64,000 nt of DNA from contig JAWCLB010000001.1 of the NCBI GenBank assembly GCA_039091735.1, forward strand, positions 721 to 64,720, given 5' to 3'. A model generated the notes under the pieces. The model was not told the DNA's origin, did no database searches, and saw nothing but the letters and a program-made list of their open reading frames with translations. Source of the DNA: Candidatus Aenigmatarchaeota archaeon (GTDB lineage: Archaea; Aenigmatarchaeota; Aenigmatarchaeia; GW2011-AR5; JAHLMP01). Within the stretch, counting starts at the first letter, position 1. Every line of letters starts with the position of its first letter. This document shows, one piece after another, positions 57,024 to 64,000 of the stretch. A program made the position numbers and the translations under genes.

Positions 57024-58886
57024 ATGAAACTTTTAACAATCGTCTTCATTATCTTTTTTGTAAGCACATGCTTTGCATATGAATCTCAGGTTACAATGTA
57101 TGTGCCTGCTGTTGAGAATGTAGATGGTAAACAAAGAGGAGTTCTGGCTGTATTGCATACTTCTATTAGACCAGGAAATGGTCATATCTTCGTAGATACT
57201 CTTCCCCTCACAGAAATAGATACACAGGCAGGAGCAAGAATGGCAAGAGAGGCAGTTGAATCAATATTAGATATAGACCTATATGAATATGACCTCTTTT
57301 TCGTTATTCGCTCAGATGCTCCTGTTGTAGGTGGGCCTTCAGCGAGCGGGGCAATGGCTGCTGGAATAGTTGCATCTCTTCTAAATTTAAGCATTGATAC
57401 CTCTGTTGTAATGACTGGTACAATAAATACAGATGGGAGCATTGGTCATGTCAGTGGTTTGATAGAAAAGGCCCAAGCAGTAGCTGAACATAACGGAACA
57501 ATATTTTTAATTCCTGAAGGTCAGAGAATTGTTTATACTCAGATAGGAGACCAGAGCTCTAAGATTGATCTAAAGGAATATGCAATGGAAAAATGGAATC
57601 TGAGTGTTATTGAGGTAAAGGACATAAAAGAAGCAATAAAATACATGACTGGCTATGAAATTAAATTTAAAGAAACAGAGCTCAAGGAAGATAAAAAAAT
57701 CAAAGAAGTTATGAAGGGATTAGCAACTGACTTTATAAATGAGATTGAAAATAAGATTAATACAATCAAAAATAAAATAAAGGTAGCGAGGCTTAGCTAC
57801 ACAGATGAACAAGAATTCAACAAAAAACTAGAAGAGCAGGAAGAAAAATTTAAAGAAGCCAAAGACTTGTACAAAAACGAGAGTTATTATTCAGCCTCAA
57901 GTTATTGCTTTTCAATATCAATACAACTTACATCTTTAGAGAATATGCTCGAATTTATTGGGGGTGGGCAAAAAGAGAGATTATTAGAAAATATGTTAAT
58001 GGATACAAACGAAAAAATAAAACAGATAACAGACAAAATAGAAGATTCCAAAAGCAGAATAGATAATGTAACTGATATAGAAATTATTTCTATTGCCGAA
58101 GAAAGGATAAGCGAATCCAAAAATTATCTAAAGGATGCCTGGAAAAATTTCTATAATGCAAAATACGTAGACTCTATTTATCATCTAAGCTATGCTTCTG
58201 AAAGAGCCAAAACAGCAGAAAGGTGGCTTTCATTAACAGCATCTTTCATTGGCCATAATTTGAGCTTTGATTTCTCAAAACTTGATGGTCTAACACAAGA
58301 CAGAATTTCTGAAGCAACATCTCTTGTTGCTTATGCGCAAGTGCTTAATATTGATGCTACTACAGCAGATAAATTTTTGAAGAATGCTAAGGAGGATTAT
58401 GAAAACAAATTATACTCTTCTGCGTTATTTAACGCCATTAGCTCAAAATCTGAGATAGACATTGCTATGATAAGAAAAAATTTGAATGAAAGCAAATTAA
58501 AAGAAAGTATATCAAAAGCAAAAAATGATGCGATTAGGAATATCAAAGAGGCATATGATTATGGGATAAATCCTATATTGGCGGTTAACTACTATGAATA
58601 TGCCGAAAGTCTGAGTGATACTGATCCAATAGCCTCATTAACATATTTGATTTATGCCAAAAATTTTGCAAAGACATCTAAAAATCTGTTAAAAGTTTAT
58701 AAGGGTGTAGAATTTGGCTTTAAAATAGAAAAAATCGAAATAACACCTACTAAGCATACTATATATGAGGAGAAAAACTACTATGTTATTTTTGGGTTCT
58801 TTTTTGTCGGTCTTGTTATAGGTTTTATAATTAGTCAAATATATAAGAAAAGGTACAAAAAGCAGAGAGAACATAAAGTCTTATAA
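57024..58886 (+). CDS. Lon-protease-like (S16 Lon-C domain) secreted/membrane-anchored serine protease with long helical region
   Basis: A signal peptide; a Lon-C core 'VVGGPSASGAMAAGIVASLLNL...VMTGTINTDGSIGHVSGLIEKAQAVAEHNGTIFLIP' (catalytic Ser in GPSAS, Lys in IEKA); ~400 aa of alpha-helical repeats; and a C-terminal TM 'YYVIFGFFFVGLVIGFIISQIY'. Confidence 0.6.
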   Translation: MKLLTIVFIIFFVSTCFAYESQVTMYVPAVENVDGKQRGVLAVLHTSIRPGNGHIFVDTLPLTEIDTQAGARMAREAVESILDIDLYEYDLFFVIRSDAPVVGGPSASGAMAAGIVASLLNLSIDTSVVMTGTINTDGSIGHVSGLIEKAQAVAEHNGTIFLIPEGQRIVYTQIGDQSSKIDLKEYAMEKWNLSVIEVKDIKEAIKYMTGYEIKFKETELKEDKKIKEVMKGLATDFINEIENKINTIKNKIKVARLSYTDEQEFNKKLEEQEEKFKEAKDLYKNESYYSASSYCFSISIQLTSLENMLEFIGGGQKERLLENMLMDTNEKIKQITDKIEDSKSRIDNVTDIEIISIAEERISESKNYLKDAWKNFYNAKYVDSIYHLSYASERAKTAERWLSLTASFIGHNLSFDFSKLDGLTQDRISEATSLVAYAQVLNIDATTADKFLKNAKEDYENKLYSSALFNAISSKSEIDIAMIRKNLNESKLKESISKAKNDAIRNIKEAYDYGINPILAVNYYEYAESLSDTDPIASLTYLIYAKNFAKTSKNLLKVYKGVEFGFKIEKIEITPTKHTIYEEKNYYVIFGFFFVGLVIGFIISQIYKKRYKKQREHKVL

Positions 58887-58911
58887 ACTTTTTCTGTGAA
58901 TATATTTTTCT

Positions 58912-61755
58912 ATGGAATTATACAATCCTCAAAAAATAGAAAAAAGAATTTTGGAATTTTGGGAAAAAGAAAAAATCTTTGATAAGGTTAGGGAAAAGAA
59001 CAAAGGAAACAAAAGGTTCTCATTTTTAGACGGTCCTATTACAGCCAATAATCCGATGGGTGTCCACCATGCATGGGGAAGAACACTGAAAGATATGTTT
59101 CAAAGATTTAAAGCTATGCAAAACTATGACCAAAGATATCAGAATGGCTTTGATTGTCATGGTTTGTGGGTAGAGGTAGAGGTAGAAAAGGAGCTGAAGT
59201 TCAAATCAAAAAAGGATATAGAAAAATATGGTATAGAAAATTTCTCGAACAGATGTAAGGAAAGAGTAATAAAATTCTCAGAGAAACAAACCCAACAGTC
59301 AATAAAATTAGGGCAATGGATGGATTGGGAAAATTCTTATTATACTATGAGCGACAATAACATAGAAACAATCTGGCTCTTCTTGAAAAGATGCCACGAA
59401 AATGGGTGGCTATATGAAGGGACTAAAGTAATGCCTTGGTGCCCAAGATGTGGTACTTCTTTATCTCAGCACGAATTGTCAGATAGCTATAAGGAAATTA
59501 CTCATCCAGGCTTGTTTATCAAGTGCCCTTTAAAGAATGGTAAATTTCTATTAATATGGACAACCACACCTTGGACGCTAAGCTCGAATGTTGCTGCAGC
59601 TGTACATCCTGATTTAGATTATCTTGAAGTCAAGATAGATAACAAGACATTCTATCTTACTGAAAAATCAGCAAAAGATGTTCTAAGTGATCAAAGCTAC
59701 ATTATTATAAGAAAATTAAAAGGCAAGGAGTTAATAGGCATGGAGTATGAATCACCTTATCAGGATCTTCCAGCACAAAAAGATATAAAGCACAAAGTCA
59801 TTGGTTGGGATGCTGTAAGCGAAGAAGAAGGTACAGGAATAGTTCACATAGCTCCAGGGTGTGGCGAAGAGGATTATGAACTTGGTAAAAAAGAGGGCTT
59901 ACCTATTATCTCTCCGCTTGATGAATTTGGAAATTTCATCCAAGGCTTTTCTTGGCTGAGTGATAAGAATGTAAAAGAGTCCAACAATTTAATAATCAAC
60001 GACCTAAAGAATAGGGGAATCCTCTTCAAGGTCGAAGATTATATACATCGCTACCCTGTGTGCTGGAGGTGCGGAGAAGAGCTTGTTTTTAGGTTGGTCA
60101 CAGAATGGTTCATTAGATCTAAAGAGATTAAACCTAAGATGATAAAAGAGGCAAAAAAAGTAAAGTGGTATCCTGCCTTTGGAGAAAAACTAATGTTAGA
60201 TTGGCTTAAAAATATGCAGGATTGGTGCATCTCAAGAAAGAGATACTGGGGTTTACCTCTTCCTTTTTACAAATGCTCATGCGGAAATTTAGAGGTTGTT
60301 GGCTCGAAAAAAGAATTGGAGAATAAGGCTGTTTCTGGGATTGAGCAATTAAAAGAGCTTCATAGACCGTGGATAGATAATGTGAAGATTAAATGTTCAA
60401 AATGTGGAAAGATAATAGAAAGGGTCAAAGAGGTCGGTGACTGTTGGTTAGATGCCGGAATTGTGCCTTTTTCAACCCTTAATTACCTTTCGGATAAAGA
60501 ATACTGGAAAAAATGGTTTCCTGCTGAACTCGTGTGCGAGATGAGAGAACAGATAAAATTGTGGTTTTATTCCATGCTATTTATGAGTGTTACCATAACT
60601 GGAAAAAGTCCATACAAGAATGTTGTGATATATGAAAAAATTCAGGATGAGAATGGCAGACCAATGCACAAAAGTTTGGGCAATGTAATATGGTTGGATG
60701 ATGCACTAGAAAGGATGGGCGCCGACGTATTAAGATGGCTGTACCTAACACATAACCCAAAGGATAATTTAAATTTTGGTTACACAATAGCAGAGGAGGT
60801 AAAGAAAAAGCTGATTATTTTATTTAACCTTAATAATTACATTAAAACCTACTTAGAAGTTAATAATTTCAAGCCTAGTGTAATAAAAAAACAAAGCAAT
60901 CTTGTTAAATGGTTAGGCTCTAGACTAGAGGCGGTCAAACAAAATGTTTATACATACCTAGAAAATTTTGATTTTTATCAGGCAGCAAATGAATTGGAAA
61001 ATTTTTTTATTGAAGAATTCTCGAGGTGGTATATTCACATAATAAGAGAAAAGGTAAAAGAAGGGTATAGGGGAGGGGATAAGAAAATGATTTTATTCTC
61101 ATTATACAAAACACAACTTACACTTTTGAAGATGTTGTCTCCTTTCATCCCGTTTATAACAGAAGAGATGTATCAAGATTTTTTTAGAAAATTTGAGAAA
61201 GTTGAGAGTATTCATCTTTGGTCATATCCAAAAATCAATAAAAAGGCAATAAATGAGGAATTAGAAAAAGAGATGAAAATTATTAAGGAGATTGTAGAAG
61301 TGGCAAATGCGATACGCAAAGAAAAAAATATAAGGCTGAAATGGCCTGTCGACAAAATTAAAATAGAAACAGAAAATGAAATAGTTAAAAAAGCGTGCAA
61401 AGATTTTTATGAAGAGCTTAAAATAATAGCAAATGTTAAGGACATTGAAATAGCTGAATGTAAACAAGGAAAAGAGTTTTCTAATGGAAGTGTTTGCCTT
61501 GGGACAGTATTAAAGGAAGATGCGCTTTTAAGGGAATTAATAAGGAATGTACAAGAGTATAGGAAAAAAATGGGTCTAAAAGTAGAAGATAAGATAATTC
61601 TTTATCTAAATAATAGAAAAGTGGAGAAATTCGCAAAAGAAATAAGAAATATGGTTGGTGCTAAAAAAATAGTCTTTGGGGATTTTGCTGACATAGCTGG
61701 CAAGGCTCAATTTGAAGATGAGATTATAGGATTTAAACTAAAAAAATTTGAATAG
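58912..61755 (+). CDS. ileS: Isoleucyl-tRNA synthetase (short form)
   Basis: 'GPITANNPMGVHHAWGRTLKD...GFDCHGL' (HIGH region), a CP1 editing domain, KMSKS-like 'RPMHKSLGN', and Zn knuckles. Confidence 0.85.
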   Translation: MELYNPQKIEKRILEFWEKEKIFDKVREKNKGNKRFSFLDGPITANNPMGVHHAWGRTLKDMFQRFKAMQNYDQRYQNGFDCHGLWVEVEVEKELKFKSKKDIEKYGIENFSNRCKERVIKFSEKQTQQSIKLGQWMDWENSYYTMSDNNIETIWLFLKRCHENGWLYEGTKVMPWCPRCGTSLSQHELSDSYKEITHPGLFIKCPLKNGKFLLIWTTTPWTLSSNVAAAVHPDLDYLEVKIDNKTFYLTEKSAKDVLSDQSYIIIRKLKGKELIGMEYESPYQDLPAQKDIKHKVIGWDAVSEEEGTGIVHIAPGCGEEDYELGKKEGLPIISPLDEFGNFIQGFSWLSDKNVKESNNLIINDLKNRGILFKVEDYIHRYPVCWRCGEELVFRLVTEWFIRSKEIKPKMIKEAKKVKWYPAFGEKLMLDWLKNMQDWCISRKRYWGLPLPFYKCSCGNLEVVGSKKELENKAVSGIEQLKELHRPWIDNVKIKCSKCGKIIERVKEVGDCWLDAGIVPFSTLNYLSDKEYWKKWFPAELVCEMREQIKLWFYSMLFMSVTITGKSPYKNVVIYEKIQDENGRPMHKSLGNVIWLDDALERMGADVLRWLYLTHNPKDNLNFGYTIAEEVKKKLIILFNLNNYIKTYLEVNNFKPSVIKKQSNLVKWLGSRLEAVKQNVYTYLENFDFYQAANELENFFIEEFSRWYIHIIREKVKEGYRGGDKKMILFSLYKTQLTLLKMLSPFIPFITEEMYQDFFRKFEKVESIHLWSYPKINKKAINEELEKEMKIIKEIVEVANAIRKEKNIRLKWPVDKIKIETENEIVKKACKDFYEELKIIANVKDIEIAECKQGKEFSNGSVCLGTVLKEDALLRELIRNVQEYRKKMGLKVEDKIILYLNNRKVEKFAKEIRNMVGAKKIVFGDFADIAGKAQFEDEIIGFKLKKFE

Positions 61756-61768
61756 GTGTAAAATACTT

Positions 61769-62077
61769 TTACTTTTTGTTTTTATAAGAATTTTCAGAGG
61801 ATAAAAAACCCTTTCTCTTTAACCATTCGGTTTGTGCCTTTGTATATTTCCAGATAACATCTCCCCTTTCATCGGATTGCACAATCCATGGGTCAATAAT
61901 AACAACGTCGCCAACTGAAAGCCACAACTCTCTTCCTAGCCTTCCTGGTATTCTGCAAATCCTTACAAAGCCATCTTGACACTTAACCTTAACCCTCTTT
62001 CCTCCAAGTTTGGCTTCTACTGTTCCCAATATTTCTCTATTTTTTGGTATCCTTACTCTCTCTTCTATGGTTAACAC
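61769..62077 (-). CDS. eif1a: Translation initiation factor 1A (aIF-1A)
   Basis: OB/S1-like '[44 protein letters not shown]'. Confidence 0.85.
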   Translation of the reverse strand: MLTIEERVRIPKNREILGTVEAKLGGKRVKVKCQDGFVRICRIPGRLGRELWLSVGDVVIIDPWIVQSDERGDVIWKYTKAQTEWLKRKGFLSSENSYKNKK

Positions 62078-62078
62078 C

Positions 62079-62714
62079 TCAATCTCTTATTGAATAATAG
62101 CACCTATAAATTTTTTTGCCACCCCCTTTTCCCAATAATTTATATGATTCTTTTATATTAAAGTTAAGTGACTTCAATTCCTTTATGATTTTTCTTGCTA
62201 AGCCTCTTTTCATAATAAATACATCATAGCCATTTTTTAATCTATCTATCTTCAAAATATCTCTTTTTTTAGGCAACATTCTAGAAATATCTTTTTTGGT
62301 TCTTACCTGCAAAACTGCTTCATAGTACATCCCAGAAAGTTTTCTGCATCTATCACACATTAGTTTTTTTATTTTTACAACTATTGTTTTCTTCTCTGTT
62401 TTGATTGTTTTGCTCGGATAGATATATCCCTTACATTCTATTGACGCACTGTATTTGTTTCCAATTCTTTTTAGTTCTATATTCTTTTCAATAATCCTAT
62501 TTTCTGTTTTTATTCTATTTTTTATAATATCTTTAACGATCTCATCTAAATTTTTAAATCTCTTCCAATTATTCTTATCTAACCAAGAGTTGCATTTACA
62601 AACCTTCAACTCAAGATTCTCTATATCAAATAAACTTTTTTGTTTAAGCCAGCAGATCTCGCAAAAATCCTCGATCTTCGCTTCTTTGCCACAAATTATA
62701 CAAATCCTTTTCAT
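62079..62714 (-). CDS. NMD3-family protein (short, N-terminal domain only)
   Basis: N-terminal C4 Zn clusters (CIICG..C..C...CKC) and the Nmd3 signature 'YYEAVLQVR'. 211 aa, against ~350 for typical archaeal Nmd3. Confidence 0.6.
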   Translation of the reverse strand: MKRICIICGKEAKIEDFCEICWLKQKSLFDIENLELKVCKCNSWLDKNNWKRFKNLDEIVKDIIKNRIKTENRIIEKNIELKRIGNKYSASIECKGYIYPSKTIKTEKKTIVVKIKKLMCDRCRKLSGMYYEAVLQVRTKKDISRMLPKKRDILKIDRLKNGYDVFIMKRGLARKIIKELKSLNFNIKESYKLLGKGGGKKIYRCYYSIRD

Positions 62715-62771
62715 AACGAAAGTATAAACGCGAATCCTTATTAATTGATGGTATTAGCTTGTGGTTTACAA

Positions 62772-63977
62772 TTAATATGCATACCACAAAATTAAACTAA
62801 TTATATATGGCTCAAATTCTTGATTTCCAGAAACAAAGTAATTAACGCTTGTGTATCGATTAGGCCTTTCTTTTTTCTGACCCAGACTTTCGTATTCTAG
62901 ATTATATTTTTTTCCAGCAGCCCACAACAAAAGAGATTTGAATAATTGGTTTATATCTGAGTGCATCTCATTATAATCTTTAAACCAGATTGCTCTTCCT
63001 TTACCGTATTTTGTAATCTGGTAATTTGCCTGAACAGATGAAAAATTATTTGTTGTTTTCAAAATTGTTTTTTCATTTGCCTCTATTTTATTTTTTTGCA
63101 GGTCATTGATATAGAATCTATAGCTTCTGTTTATTATCATAATATCAGCATATGTCCTTCCGTCATCAGAAAGGTTCGCATCTATATCAACTACCTTTAT
63201 CCACCAACCATCTATCACAATAGTCTCGTTAATCTTATACTGCTCTTCATTTGTATCATATTTTACATATTCTTCTGTATCATTGTAACCTGTAATAAGG
63301 GTATGCTCTGTATCTTGAATCCAAAACTTGCCATTATTTGTTGTATCTATTCTTATTGGCATATCTACAAAATCTTCTGCAATCTTAAATGCATTTGGGT
63401 TTTGCCACTCATTAAATATATTAACAATTGAAGGATTTTCTGTGTCTTTCCATGATAAGTTAAACAACTCATCTGGCTGCATCTCATCCAAATCAGCTAT
63501 CATTACTAATGCTTTATCCTCATCTAAAAATTCTTCTAACTTTTCTTTACTTAAGTTCTTGTAGCCAAAGAATAAAATCAAATCAATGGGTCTTTCTAAT
63601 AGTGTTTCAATTCCTGAATTCTCATCAATACTGAATTCTATTTCTCTTCCCCTGAAAATTGTTTTTTTGTCCTCGGGTGTAAATATATGCAGCATTCTTC
63701 TGAGTCTATTCTTCTCTTCTTCTGTGCAATTACACCCAATTTTTATATGTGATTTTGGAATTCCACTAACCTCAACCTCAAAAATAGCGTTATTTGGTAG
63801 CATTTTAGTTAGGTAATCCTCTAAACCAATAACATTATTGCTCAGGATAAATTCTCTAAGATAGCCTGTCTCGTCAAGGGCGATTAGAGCATCTCTTGCC
63901 TGGGTCTCAAGACTTACTAAATCCCATTCAAAAGGCTCAATATATGTAGAAAAAAAATATGGTAGCAAGGCAAGCAA
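62772..63977 (-). CDS. Hypothetical acidic protein (N/D/E-rich), possibly extracytoplasmic
   Basis: 401-aa ORF with no recognisable motif. The start is near the window end, so the true N-terminus could lie beyond 64000. Confidence 0.35.
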   Translation of the reverse strand: MLALLPYFFSTYIEPFEWDLVSLETQARDALIALDETGYLREFILSNNVIGLEDYLTKMLPNNAIFEVEVSGIPKSHIKIGCNCTEEEKNRLRRMLHIFTPEDKKTIFRGREIEFSIDENSGIETLLERPIDLILFFGYKNLSKEKLEEFLDEDKALVMIADLDEMQPDELFNLSWKDTENPSIVNIFNEWQNPNAFKIAEDFVDMPIRIDTTNNGKFWIQDTEHTLITGYNDTEEYVKYDTNEEQYKINETIVIDGWWIKVVDIDANLSDDGRTYADIMIINRSYRFYINDLQKNKIEANEKTILKTTNNFSSVQANYQITKYGKGRAIWFKDYNEMHSDINQLFKSLLLWAAGKKYNLEYESLGQKKERPNRYTSVNYFVSGNQEFEPYIISLILWYAY

Positions 63978-64000
63978 AACTAATGATACTATTACAACCT

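Noticed and set aside
1-64000. CRISPR arrays, rRNA genes, intact transposases or integrases
   Set aside because: Scanned for regularly spaced direct repeats, rRNA-like GC-rich kilobase blocks and DDE/tyrosine-recombinase motifs. None were found. The only short repeat is the 25-bp duplication at 30390/30453.

Overview
This window reads as a gene-dense, AT-rich segment of a small archaeal chromosome, most consistent with a DPANN-type or similarly reduced archaeon. All assignments below are by eye from the ORF track and motifs; no searches were run.

**Core archaeal housekeeping genes** make up most of the window: MetRS, GlyRS, IleRS, aIF5A, aIF1A, TFS, RpoK, Hjc, an XPD helicase, an Lhr helicase with its metallophosphoesterase partner, RFC small subunit, proteasome beta subunit, aCPSF1 and aCPSF2, Nop5 with fibrillarin, Trm1, a Trm5/Taw2 and Taw1 wyosine pair, ribosomal proteins uS2, eS17, eS26 and L40e, enolase, NAC, a HIT protein, Fap7, and a Nmd3-like protein.

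**A complete eukaryote-type lower mevalonate operon** (MVD, MVK, ERG8-type PMK, IDI-2) is present, with a class II HMG-CoA reductase elsewhere in the window.

**Six tRNA or tRNA-like loci** were found. Four carry non-canonical introns in the T arm (positions 59/60 or 53/54), and up to three introns occur per gene. One is an unresolved 207-nt locus.

**Other items worth a second look:** an uncharacterised three-gene membrane/coiled-coil/Cys-rich module at 43.5-47.5 kb; a class-III-signal-peptide pilin and an orphan PilB/FlaI-type ATPase; a signal-peptide Lon-C protease; two tRNA-adjacent regions with decayed or compositionally foreign content; and small genes below the 60-aa ORF cutoff (RpoK, eS17). 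No CRISPR array, rRNA or intact transposase was seen.
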